From positions 1-34,663 of the IMG/VR virus record IMGVR_UViG_3300032320_002087: a stretch of DNA of 34,663 nucleotides, one strand, 5' to 3'. The notes under the pieces were generated by a model that saw only the letters and a program-made list of their open reading frames with translations, was not told where the DNA came from and did not search any database. This DNA is from a virus (Duplodnaviria > Caudoviricetes). Position numbers and translations under genes: made by a program. This document shows, piece after piece, positions 1 through 8,117 of the stretch. Position 1 is the stretch's first letter. Every line of letters starts with the position of its first letter.

Positions 1-19
1 CAAGAAAAATATATTATTA

Positions 20-52
20 CAGGGTGGTTCAGTTTTATTGAACCTGATCCTG
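20..52 (-). terminator. Possible hairpin terminator downstream of groEL
   Basis: Imperfect inverted repeat CAGG..GGTTCA / TGAACC..CCTG just after the groEL stop. It is followed on the minus strand by an AT-rich tail with a displaced T-run. Confidence 0.3.
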
Positions 53-53
53 C

Positions 54-1691
54 TTAAATATCCTTGTGTTGCATCCTTAGTGCCGCTTTCGCACTTACTT
101 CCATCTCTTCTTGTCCTGGAGAGAATGTAATAGCACAAGCTGTGGTTAAAACCATACCGGCAATACTGCCCGCATTCCGTAAACAGGATTTAGTAACTTT
201 GGCTGGATCAATAACGCCCATCGCAATCATATCACCGTATTGATTTTCTGCTGCATCGTATCCAAATGAGTCATTGCCTTCTAAAACCTTGGTCAATACC
301 ACATCTGGTTTTTCGCCTGCATTGATAACAATTTGTCTTAACGGATCCTCTAATGCTAAATCTACAATACGAATACCCATGTTTTGATCTTGATTTTTAC
401 CGGTCAATCCCTTCAACGCAGCTTTCATTCGTAGATATGCGACGCCGCCGCCTGCTACAATGCCTTCTTCGAGCGCAGCCCGAGTGGCATGTAATGCATC
501 GTCGACTCGATCTTTCTTTTCTTTCAGAGCAATCTGTGTTGGTGCGCCTACACGGATAACCGCTACACCGCCTGTTAATTTAGCAATACGTTCTCTGTAA
601 AAGTCGGCACCGTATTCAGTAGTATCACGTTCAAATTCTAATTCTTTAATACGCTCTGCTAATTTTTCTTTATCGCCGTTGCCACCGATAAGAGTAGTCG
701 TGTCTTTGGTAATTTCAATGCGAGTACATTGTCCAAGATCTTCCATGGTCGCTTTAGCCAATGTCTTACCGAGGTCCTCGCTGATAACTGTGCCTCCTGT
801 TAAGATATCAATATCTTCTAGAAGATGTTTACGTTTTTCACCCTTCCAATCCGGACCACGAACTGCACAGGCTTTGATGTGTCCTTGCACCGTGTTTACA
901 ACCAAAGTTGCCAACGCTTCATTTTCAAATGATTCAGCCATAATCAAGAATGATCGCTTTGATTGTGCTGCTTGTTCTAAAATTGGCACAATATCATTGA
1001 TATTTAATACTGGACGATCACTGATCAAGATGTATGGGTTTTCTAAAATACATTTTTGTTTATCGCTATTAACAAAGTAGGGTGATAGATAGCCGTGTTC
1101 GTACTGTAGTCCTTTGACTACTGTTAATTGATCGGTAGGATATTGATTTTCTTCAACTGTTATAGTTCCTGTTTTTCCTACTTTTTCAACAGCTTCGGCA
1201 ATCAGCGATCCAATGTGTTCTTCTCCGTTCGCAGAAATGGTAGCAACTTGTCGAACTTCTTCATTGGTGTCACAAGATTTTTTAAATTTTTCTAATTCTT
1301 CTATGGCTTTTTCTACTGCAAGATCAATACCTCGCTTGATATTAATTGGGCTTGCTCCAGCAGCAATCATCTTGACACCTTCACGGATCATCGACTGCGC
1401 TAACAATGTTGCAGTGGTTGTGCCATCGCCGGCATCGTCCATGGTCTGCAGTGCAACTTGTCTGATCATTCGAACACCGGTGTTCATTAAATTATCGTCA
1501 AGTTCTACTTCACGTGCTACTGTGACACCGTCTTTGGTTACTTGTGGTGCTGAATATTCACGCTGAATAACCACATTCTTTCCCTCTGGGCCGAGAGTAA
1601 CTTTAACCGCATTGGCTAAAATGTTAATACCTTCGATTATTTTGTTTCGACCTTCATCGCCAAAATATACTAATTTTGTTTCAATACTCAT
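54..1691 (-). CDS. groEL: Group I chaperonin GroEL (Cpn60), phage-encoded and divergent
   Basis: 545 aa with AVKVTLGP, TKDGVTVA, the DDAGDGTTTAT ATP-binding motif, GYLSPYF, KKDRVDDALHATRAA, GIVAGGG and VIDPAKVT. It lacks the C-terminal GGM repeats. GGA Shine-Dalgarno upstream. Confidence 0.97.
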   Translation of the reverse strand: MSIETKLVYFGDEGRNKIIEGINILANAVKVTLGPEGKNVVIQREYSAPQVTKDGVTVAREVELDDNLMNTGVRMIRQVALQTMDDAGDGTTTATLLAQSMIREGVKMIAAGASPINIKRGIDLAVEKAIEELEKFKKSCDTNEEVRQVATISANGEEHIGSLIAEAVEKVGKTGTITVEENQYPTDQLTVVKGLQYEHGYLSPYFVNSDKQKCILENPYILISDRPVLNINDIVPILEQAAQSKRSFLIMAESFENEALATLVVNTVQGHIKACAVRGPDWKGEKRKHLLEDIDILTGGTVISEDLGKTLAKATMEDLGQCTRIEITKDTTTLIGGNGDKEKLAERIKELEFERDTTEYGADFYRERIAKLTGGVAVIRVGAPTQIALKEKKDRVDDALHATRAALEEGIVAGGGVAYLRMKAALKGLTGKNQDQNMGIRIVDLALEDPLRQIVINAGEKPDVVLTKVLEGNDSFGYDAAENQYGDMIAMGVIDPAKVTKSCLRNAGSIAGMVLTTACAITFSPGQEEMEVSAKAALRMQHKDI

Positions 1692-1700
1692 AATTGTTCC

Positions 1701-1991
1701 TTATCTTAAAAATCCTAGTACTTCGTCTTCTTTTAGAATCAAATATTCTTCAGCATTGACTTTGATCGGATGGCCTGTGTATTTTGGGAATACCACAGTG
1801 TCGCCTTTTTTAATTACCATCGGCAATATTTTTCCGTCTTCAGTTAATTTTCCATCTCCGACTGCAATAACTTCCCCTTTAGTAGGACGTTCTACGGCGC
1901 CATCTGGAAGAACCAACCCTGTCTTAGTTTTTGCTTCGTCTTCAATTTTTTTAACAACAATATTATCTCTAATAGGAATGAGTTCCGACAT
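1701..1991 (-). CDS. groES: Co-chaperonin GroES (Cpn10)
   Basis: 96 aa with PIRDNIVV, the mobile loop KTKTGLVLPD, GEVIAVGDG, GDTVVFPKY and YLILKEDEVLG. AAGGAG RBS, and it lies directly upstream of groEL. Confidence 0.97.
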   Translation of the reverse strand: MSELIPIRDNIVVKKIEDEAKTKTGLVLPDGAVERPTKGEVIAVGDGKLTEDGKILPMVIKKGDTVVFPKYTGHPIKVNAEEYLILKEDEVLGFLR

Positions 1992-2019
1992 AATAACTCC
2001 TTAAAATGTTATGACCTGT

Positions 2020-2027
2020 TATTTATG
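2020..2027 (-). promoter_or_regulatory. T4-late-like promoter motif CATAAATA for groES-groEL
   Basis: Lies between the terminator and the groES RBS, 28 nt before the ATG. It matches the recurring TAAATA core. Confidence 0.55.
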
Positions 2028-2048
2028 ATATTAAAGTAGCAGAGAAAG

Positions 2049-2074
2049 AAAAACCGAGTATTACCTCGGTTTTT
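2049..2074 (-). terminator. Rho-independent terminator, potentially bidirectional
   Basis: Perfect 10-bp inverted repeat AAAAACCGAG-N6-CTCGGTTTTT with T-tails on both strands, about 20 nt after the stop of the tail chaperone gene. Confidence 0.85.
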
Positions 2075-2096
2075 AATTTGGTCAGCTTGTTAACTA

Positions 2097-2522
2097 TTAA
2101 CTTGGTTTGACCGGCCAGTTGATTTCATAAGGGAATCCCTGTTGAGCTGGAACATCACGTAATTGTTGACGGTATGCAGCCCATTCTGCTTTTTTAGCAG
2201 GTGATAAAGTAGAGTCATTTGTTTGGCTGAAATCAGATCTAAATAATAACTCGTCGCGATTTTGACGCTCAATTGCTTCAAGTTCAAGTTGTGTTTTTGG
2301 TAAAGTTCTATAGTGGCTTGGTGGCCAAGTGACTTCACCAAATTCACCAGAGTTGAATCGCTCCCACAGTTCTCTACGCTGAGGTTCTTCGGCAACTTTA
2401 AATGCAAAAAATTCCACAGGTTTAGACAATTCTTTAAATTTGACCATGGCTAGGATTTCGGTGTCTATACCTGTTCCTCGTTGTATGTGTGTAGCTGATT
2501 CGATAGTAAAAGTGTGGCTCAT
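2097..2522 (-). CDS. Phage tail fibre assembly chaperone (141 aa; start revised to 2522)
   Basis: C-terminal RDELLFRSDFSQ...WAAYRQQLRDVPAQQGFPYEINWPVKP is typical of tail assembly chaperones. ATG 2522 has a GGAG RBS and avoids overlap with the upstream gene. Confidence 0.8.
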   Translation of the reverse strand: MSHTFTIESATHIQRGTGIDTEILAMVKFKELSKPVEFFAFKVAEEPQRRELWERFNSGEFGEVTWPPSHYRTLPKTQLELEAIERQNRDELLFRSDFSQTNDSTLSPAKKAEWAAYRQQLRDVPAQQGFPYEINWPVKPS

Positions 2523-2553
2523 TAAAATTCTCCCGACATTTAGCCTTGTGATG

Positions 2554-2561
2554 TATTTATC
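2554..2561 (-). promoter_or_regulatory. Late-promoter-like motif GATAAATA
   Basis: Overlaps the TGA stop of the upstream gene, 31 nt before the tail chaperone ATG. Confidence 0.5.
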
Positions 2562-3228
2562 ATTGTGATTGGGTTCTCGTTGTATCACGGAACCCCAACC
2601 CTGGCCGTCCGTCGTATTCAAATTCAGGATAAAACGGGCCGTTTTTGTCGATAAAGTGAAAAAACGCTTGAACTTGATAAGTTCCAGGTCCGCCAATCAG
2701 CGGATCGCGCCAGTGCTCAACTTCACAGCCACGGTAAAGTATGGCATCTCCCGGCGTTTGATGTACCATCTTTCCTGGCTGATTATTACTAATGAATTCA
2801 CCGTTCGGGCCGTGTGGAATTTTTGGTGATTCTGGATCAACATACATTCCCCAATTATATGTAGGATCGGTATTCACATAGTTGAATCCTAAACAAGTAG
2901 TCATGCTTATTTCACACGAAGGACGATCTTTGTGTCTAGCCAATACTGATCCTGGTCTATATACTCTATAGTAGGTATACGATGCAGCCAACTCTAATCC
3001 GCTGAGTTTTTCTGCATGAGCCTTGGTAAAGAACATCAATGTTTCCATTAGGGTGTCTCCGTACACAGAATGGGCGCCATGCACTTGAGCATCCGCTCCT
3101 AACTCTGGACTAAATTCTACCTGTTCTTTGATTAGTGCGTATTTGGTGGCAATTTTACAAATGTCTTTGGGAATTAAAGATTTGATATCTAAGTACCTAG
3201 TTGATTTAAATTCTTCTTGTGTGGTCAT
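2560..3228 (-). CDS. Putative Fe(II)/2OG-dependent oxygenase
   Basis: YTYYRVY..LARHKDRPSCEIS (HxD), GDAILYRGCEVEHWRDP (distal His) and QAFFHF give a double-stranded beta-helix pattern. ATGA-coupled to the upstream gene. Confidence 0.75.
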   Translation of the reverse strand: MTTQEEFKSTRYLDIKSLIPKDICKIATKYALIKEQVEFSPELGADAQVHGAHSVYGDTLMETLMFFTKAHAEKLSGLELAASYTYYRVYRPGSVLARHKDRPSCEISMTTCLGFNYVNTDPTYNWGMYVDPESPKIPHGPNGEFISNNQPGKMVHQTPGDAILYRGCEVEHWRDPLIGGPGTYQVQAFFHFIDKNGPFYPEFEYDGRPGLGFRDTTRTQSQ

Positions 3229-4028
3229 TTAAATGGTTTTCCTAGATTCCATGCAACAAGGCTGTAACGAGTTCCTTGTGTAACAGGAGTTACTTGATGA
3301 TAAACATGCGATGGAAACACAATAATAGACCCGCGAGGTCTAATTTCTTTACATAAATGATAACGTTTTCCGTCAGCATGTGGTCCGAGATCAAATTTAA
3401 GATTGCCGCCTTTATATGTACTTGGATCACTTAGACTGATAGTAACGCTTAATTTTCTGGTCTTTCCTATCATTTGTGTGTTTTGTGTTCGATGCGATTC
3501 TTTAGGTAACGGATTGCCATCAATGTCAAACATTAGTTTACCGGTAGCATCAGTTAATTGTTCATGCACAGTCGGATCGTAATTTTCATAAGGAACCATT
3601 CCAGCATCGGCGTGCCAGCCGTAAAATTGACCAGGAGTGTATTTTGTAAATTGTAATTCTTCAGTGTAGTCCCATTCAAAATTCCAACCAGCTTGTTTAT
3701 TTGCTGCGTGTATATGCGGCCATATCAAATTAAATAGCCACTGATCCGATAAGAAGACAACACTTGAGTCTCTTAGATATACATCTTCAATGGTCAGACC
3801 TTTTCGTTTTAGTCCAGTTGCGGTCATAGAGCCTAACGAGAGCTGATCGGTTTTAGATTGTACTAGTGACCCTTTTTGTTTAAAGTCACCTGTGGTTGCT
3901 ACTAACGCTTCTTGACCATACTTATCCACAGTGTCATACAGTTTTGTAATCCCAATTTCTAAAATTTTATCACAAATTTCATCAGACAACACTGATTGAA
4001 AGTAGTAATAACTGTAAGGTAAAATCAT
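3225..4028 (-). CDS. PKHD-type / prolyl-4-hydroxylase-like Fe(II)/2OG oxygenase
   Basis: QFTKY..YGWHAD, RKLSVTISLSDPSTYKGG and GSIIVFPSHVYHQVTPVTQGTRYSLVAW. The HxD..H triad and the 2OG-binding Arg are intact. Confidence 0.9.
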   Translation of the reverse strand: MILPYSYYYFQSVLSDEICDKILEIGITKLYDTVDKYGQEALVATTGDFKQKGSLVQSKTDQLSLGSMTATGLKRKGLTIEDVYLRDSSVVFLSDQWLFNLIWPHIHAANKQAGWNFEWDYTEELQFTKYTPGQFYGWHADAGMVPYENYDPTVHEQLTDATGKLMFDIDGNPLPKESHRTQNTQMIGKTRKLSVTISLSDPSTYKGGNLKFDLGPHADGKRYHLCKEIRPRGSIIVFPSHVYHQVTPVTQGTRYSLVAWNLGKPFK

Positions 4029-4630
4029 TTATAAAGAGGTCCGTGTATGTGTCCTGCAATTATATATTTTTCTCCGGACAACACTGGAGTGATTTTATAA
4101 GGCAGAAAACTGGGAAAAATAACGATAGAACCAACACTTGTAACTAAATCTTTTTCCATCGAAGTATTTAAAAATTGAATTTCTCCGCCTGTGTACTCCG
4201 ACGGCTCGCTTAAATTGACTATGAATGATAATTTTCTTGTGGCTGATAACGGGTTGATGTCTACGTGTAAGTCATAATAATCTTTTTCTTTATATCTAAA
4301 CATCTGCGGATAATCTTGATCGATAATGCCCAACAATGCAAAATCAAAAACTTTGTCGTTGGCTTCTTTAGTAATGGCATGAATATTGCTAAAGGGAAAA
4401 CCAGTTAGCTCGCCTCTAAGTTTTTGTCGTTCGCATCGATGTAGATCTTGATCTCCGATGACTTTGGTCTTTAACCATAATTCACTGATTGCTGTGCTTT
4501 TTATTTTTCCGCACTCGGCAGCAGAAAATAAAGTCGCTGTTGTAATTGATAAAATTTCTTTCGATGCTACTGATGTAACTACTTCGGGGTCTTCGATGTC
4601 AGTTAAATCTGTAAAATTTGTATTTTCCAT
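4025..4630 (-). CDS. PKHD-type oxygenase homologue with a degenerate metal site
   Basis: YYDLHVD and RKLSFIVNLSEPSEYTGGE are present. In IFPSFLPYKITPVLSGEKY, Tyr replaces the distal His and Lys replaces the Arg. GAGGA RBS. Confidence 0.8.
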   Translation of the reverse strand: MENTNFTDLTDIEDPEVVTSVASKEILSITTATLFSAAECGKIKSTAISELWLKTKVIGDQDLHRCERQKLRGELTGFPFSNIHAITKEANDKVFDFALLGIIDQDYPQMFRYKEKDYYDLHVDINPLSATRKLSFIVNLSEPSEYTGGEIQFLNTSMEKDLVTSVGSIVIFPSFLPYKITPVLSGEKYIIAGHIHGPLYK

Positions 4631-4658
4631 GGGGGCGGTTTCCTCAAAAGCTGTGTAT

Positions 4659-4666
4659 TACTTATC
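4659..4666 (-). promoter_or_regulatory. Late-promoter-like variant GATAAGTA
   Basis: In the divergent intergenic region, 28 nt before ATG 4630. The identical octamer occurs at 11404 before another unit. Confidence 0.45.
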
Positions 4667-4722
4667 TTGTACAGGCTGCACAATTTAGATATCTGAAATA
4701 ATTTTATATCATATTTAATTCT

Positions 4723-4730
4723 GTTAAATA
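4723..4730 (+). promoter_or_regulatory. Late-promoter-like motif GTTAAATA, probable leaderless transcript
   Basis: TAAATA ends 5 nt before ATG 4736, and no Shine-Dalgarno is visible. Confidence 0.5.
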
Positions 4731-4735
4731 GTTGC

Positions 4736-6256
4736 ATGAAAATTATCATAGTTGGCGGCGGCACCGCTGGGTGGATTGCAGCCCTTTTTATCTCTAAGAT
4801 ACATCCCGAGCATGAGCTAACAGTGATCGAGTCAAGTGCTATTGGAATTGTCGGTGCGGGCGAGGGGTCGACTGGATTATTAACTAATGTCATTGCTGGA
4901 TATCCCTGGGATTTCGGGTGTAATCATTACGACTTTCTCAAAGAGACCGGTGCTACTTTAAAATACGGAATAAAGCACATAGGTTGGACTCCTGAAAACA
5001 ATTTCTATTATGGACCGCTTGACGGAACTATGTCTCTGTCAGCAATACCCGACGGTGTATTTGCTTACCAACACAGCGTAGATAGTAAAAAATTGCATAC
5101 CGTTTCTGAAATGGGTCTACTATTAGAAACTGGAAAATCAAATGTAAATCGTAGCACCAAAGATTTTGCAAACTACGGCCATGCCTTACACTTTGATGCA
5201 CACAAAGTTGGAAAATATTTTAAAAAAATTGTATTAAAAAACACTAAAAATAAACATATAGACTCCGAAGTATTAGATGTAACATTAACCGAAACAGGAT
5301 TCATTTCATCATTGAAATTGAAAAATCAGGAAACAGTCGACGGAGACTTTTTTATTGACGCTAGCGGTTTTAGTCGTGTGCTGATGAAAAAATTAGAAAC
5401 TCCCTGGGTCAGCTACAGTAAGAATTTGCCAGTTAATTCTGCAATGCCGTTTATTTTAGATTATAAAGAAGGTGAAATGCCAGAGCCGTATACCACTGCA
5501 TGGGCGCAGAGTTCTGGTTGGATGTGGCAAATCCCTGTGCTTGAAAGAAAAGGCTGCGGATATGTGTTTGATGATAACTTTATCACTCCAGATCAAGCTC
5601 AAGCAGAAATAGAAACCGCATTAGGTAGAAAGATAGATCCAATTCGTGTTTTAAAATTTGAAACTGGTAGGTTAGAAAATACTTGGGTTAAAAATTGTTT
5701 GGCAATTGGATTATCAGCTGCATTTGCTGAGCCGCTTGAAGCAACATCAATTCACTCGACTATTGTACAGCTTACTAAATTTGTGTTTGAATATCTTAAA
5801 CCTACTTCTGATTTAACAATTAATCAAGGTTCAATTAATAATTATAACAGAACTGTAAATAGAATGTATGATGATTTTAAAGAGTTTTTGGTTTTACATT
5901 ATATGGGTGGTCGAACCGACAGCGAATTTTGGAAATATATTTCGTCAGGTGCTACAAAAACTGAATTTGTAAACGATATTTTAGAAATGGCTAAATCAAA
6001 GATACCTACATTCAATGACTTTAACGAGTACTATGGTGCTGCTGGATGGCCATTATGGTCTTGGGTACTAGCAGGTACCAATAATCTCTCTACAGATATT
6101 TCAAGACAAGAATTAAATTGGAATGTTCCTAAATTTGGCAACCTTGGGACCCTATCAGAAACAGAAGTTGAGAGTTGGAAAATTCGAACATTGACATCTT
6201 TAGAAAGAAATCTTTCCTATCATGAATTTATCGAGCATTTAAAAACATATGGATAA
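4736..6256 (+). CDS. Flavin-dependent halogenase (tryptophan halogenase family) 1
   Basis: GGGTAG FAD motif, GAGEGS, ATLKYGI (catalytic Lys position), FFIDASGF, WMWQIP (WxWxIP) and FAEPLEATS. Confidence 0.92.
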   Translation: MKIIIVGGGTAGWIAALFISKIHPEHELTVIESSAIGIVGAGEGSTGLLTNVIAGYPWDFGCNHYDFLKETGATLKYGIKHIGWTPENNFYYGPLDGTMSLSAIPDGVFAYQHSVDSKKLHTVSEMGLLLETGKSNVNRSTKDFANYGHALHFDAHKVGKYFKKIVLKNTKNKHIDSEVLDVTLTETGFISSLKLKNQETVDGDFFIDASGFSRVLMKKLETPWVSYSKNLPVNSAMPFILDYKEGEMPEPYTTAWAQSSGWMWQIPVLERKGCGYVFDDNFITPDQAQAEIETALGRKIDPIRVLKFETGRLENTWVKNCLAIGLSAAFAEPLEATSIHSTIVQLTKFVFEYLKPTSDLTINQGSINNYNRTVNRMYDDFKEFLVLHYMGGRTDSEFWKYISSGATKTEFVNDILEMAKSKIPTFNDFNEYYGAAGWPLWSWVLAGTNNLSTDISRQELNWNVPKFGNLGTLSETEVESWKIRTLTSLERNLSYHEFIEHLKTYG

Positions 6257-6899
6257 ACATCGTTTAGTAACCCTGCCCGACGGGGATCAAATTATCATAT
6301 TCGACGAACTGATTCCTAAACAATTACAGGAATCGATAAAGCTGACCATTGACGGCGATCAGTCATTTCCTTGGTATATGGTGAAAAAAATTGGACACTC
6401 TCGTCTGAATGTAGAATACCAAAATTCTAAAACTGTCGACGGCAGTGGATTTTATCATTCAGTTGTCGACGACGGCGAGGTTATTTCAAAATATTATGAT
6501 TACTTCAAACAACTGATGTTTTTCTTCACTGATAAAACTGGTATTGAAGTTGACAAACTTATTAGAATACGATTGCGACTGACTAATCAACAAAAAGGAC
6601 ATACTCACGAAACATACGGCCCTGTACACGTAGATTTTACAAAATATTCTTTTCCATATTATACATTATTGTACTACATAGAAGACTCCGATGGTGATAC
6701 TATACTGTTTGATAACGTGTGGAATGGTGATAAGGGCTCGTACGATCCAGGAAAAATCAAAGATCCTAAAATAGCATATCGTCAGACTCCTAAACAGGGA
6801 TGCGGTCTATTGTTTAACGGACATAGATATCATGCCGGCAATTATCCAATCGACTTTCAAACTCGTATTGTAATTAATTTTGATTTTACAATAAAATGA
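6249..6899 (+). CDS. Putative Fe(II)/2OG oxygenase
   Basis: PVHVD, LYYIEDSDGDTILF, FNGHRYHAG and RIVINF. Paralogous to 10769..11347. Confidence 0.8.
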   Translation: MDKHRLVTLPDGDQIIIFDELIPKQLQESIKLTIDGDQSFPWYMVKKIGHSRLNVEYQNSKTVDGSGFYHSVVDDGEVISKYYDYFKQLMFFFTDKTGIEVDKLIRIRLRLTNQQKGHTHETYGPVHVDFTKYSFPYYTLLYYIEDSDGDTILFDNVWNGDKGSYDPGKIKDPKIAYRQTPKQGCGLLFNGHRYHAGNYPIDFQTRIVINFDFTIK

Positions 6900-7441
6900 A
6901 ATACGATTATTTTTTTATACAAGGTCTTTATAATACAGACGAGTGTCGAGCACTTCGACAGCATATTGAAAATATTTCAGATTACGGAGTACCCGATTCT
7001 CCGGCTGCAGGAGTTGTAAAAACAGCCGATGTAAAATGTTTTATGTACGGTGATGTTAGTAATCTTTTAAAAAAAATGCGACATCGCGTACTTGATATTA
7101 ACAAACATTGTTTTGGTTTTGATCTATTTGAAACTTCGGATTATGAAATCCTACACTATAACAAGTACAGTTCAGAGTCTAGCAGCGAATACGGATGGCA
7201 CAAGGATGGCTGTAAAAATGAATCCCATGATGTTAAGTTAACCGCATTGATAAATTTATCAGAAGAGTATCAAGGAGGAAAGTTTGAACTTTTTTTAAAC
7301 GGTCCTTTAGAAATTTCAGAATTCCAAAAAACTGGAAGTTTTTTATTATTCCCTTCGTGGACTACTCATAGAGTCACTCCGGTAACTGGCGGAACACGTA
7401 TGACACTTTCGCAGTTCTACACAGGCCCGAACTTCAAGTAA
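6896..7441 (+). CDS. PKHD-type Fe(II)/2OG oxygenase
   Basis: YGWHKD, KLTALINLSEEYQGG and LFPSWTTHRVTPVTGGTRMTL. Confidence 0.9.
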   Translation: MKYDYFFIQGLYNTDECRALRQHIENISDYGVPDSPAAGVVKTADVKCFMYGDVSNLLKKMRHRVLDINKHCFGFDLFETSDYEILHYNKYSSESSSEYGWHKDGCKNESHDVKLTALINLSEEYQGGKFELFLNGPLEISEFQKTGSFLLFPSWTTHRVTPVTGGTRMTLSQFYTGPNFK

Positions 7442-8062
7442 TTATAAAAAATAATTAAAAGACATCGAAATTCTCGCATCATCATCGTGTGGGCAATTAT
7501 TTTGTTCTACGTGATGTTCTAAGTGTCCTGGAAATATAATCATTAGATTTTCTTGAGGAACTTCCCAATGTCCAGTATTAATATTAGCATTATCTGGGCA
7601 GCGATGATCAGTATCAAGTTGATACCCCGTAATAAAATCCATCCTATCTGCTTCTGATGCTGCTCGATCAAATGAAATTCTTCCGCTCTGGATTGGTACT
7701 TTTAGATATATAACTCCGCTCAATAATGCCTGAGGGTGATAATGTGTATGGTTATAGTTGTAGCGACGATTGACATTATACCAATAACTTATTTTTTTTG
7801 TTTTTGGAAAGCCCCAAGAGTCTGATATCTGATCAAGAACTGGGAGGATATTTTCATTTATTAAATCAGCCGCATACGGATTATCGTATGCAAAATTATC
7901 ATAATGGAGACTTTGCCAACCCCCGGCATTACTACGAGATGTTGTTGGGATTGTTTTTTCTAAATGCAGTATGTGATTTACAAGACTTTCTTTTTCAAAG
8001 TTATATACCAGTGCCTTTGCAATAGACGATATAAAAATTGGAATATTCTGCACAGTGATCAT
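7442..8062 (-). CDS. TIGR02466-like putative Fe(II)/2OG oxygenase (start revised to 8062)
   Basis: RSNAGGWQS, WYNVN..NHTHYHP, LSGVIYLKVP, FPGHLEHHVEQN and RISMSFN. The ORF-track start at 8080 would overlap the TATAAATA motif. Confidence 0.85.
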   Translation of the reverse strand: MITVQNIPIFISSIAKALVYNFEKESLVNHILHLEKTIPTTSRSNAGGWQSLHYDNFAYDNPYAADLINENILPVLDQISDSWGFPKTKKISYWYNVNRRYNYNHTHYHPQALLSGVIYLKVPIQSGRISFDRAASEADRMDFITGYQLDTDHRCPDNANINTGHWEVPQENLMIIFPGHLEHHVEQNNCPHDDDARISMSFNYFL

Positions 8063-8067
8063 GGAAA

Positions 8068-8075
8068 TATTTATA
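8068..8075 (-). promoter_or_regulatory. T4-type late promoter consensus TATAAATA, probable leaderless transcript
   Basis: Exact TATAAATA on the minus strand, ending 5 nt before ATG 8062. Confidence 0.65.
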
Positions 8076-8091
8076 AGCATAGAAAATTAAC

Positions 8092-8099
8092 TATAAATA
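8092..8099 (+). promoter_or_regulatory. T4-type late promoter consensus TATAAATA
   Basis: Exact TATAAATA 18 nt before ATG 8118 with an AAGGAG RBS in between. It is back-to-back with the minus-strand copy. Confidence 0.65.
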
Positions 8100-8117
8100 T
8101 TTGGCAAAAGGAGTCCT

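Noticed and set aside
353-2407. Short ORFs antisense to or overlapping groEL, groES and the chaperone gene
   Set aside because: They are shadow frames of well-supported genes, with no motifs or RBS.
2523-2696. N-terminal extension of the tail chaperone ORF (199 aa), and similar extensions at 8080, 10220 and 10956
   Set aside because: They overlap upstream genes or a promoter motif. Downstream ATGs fit RBS, coupling and family length better.
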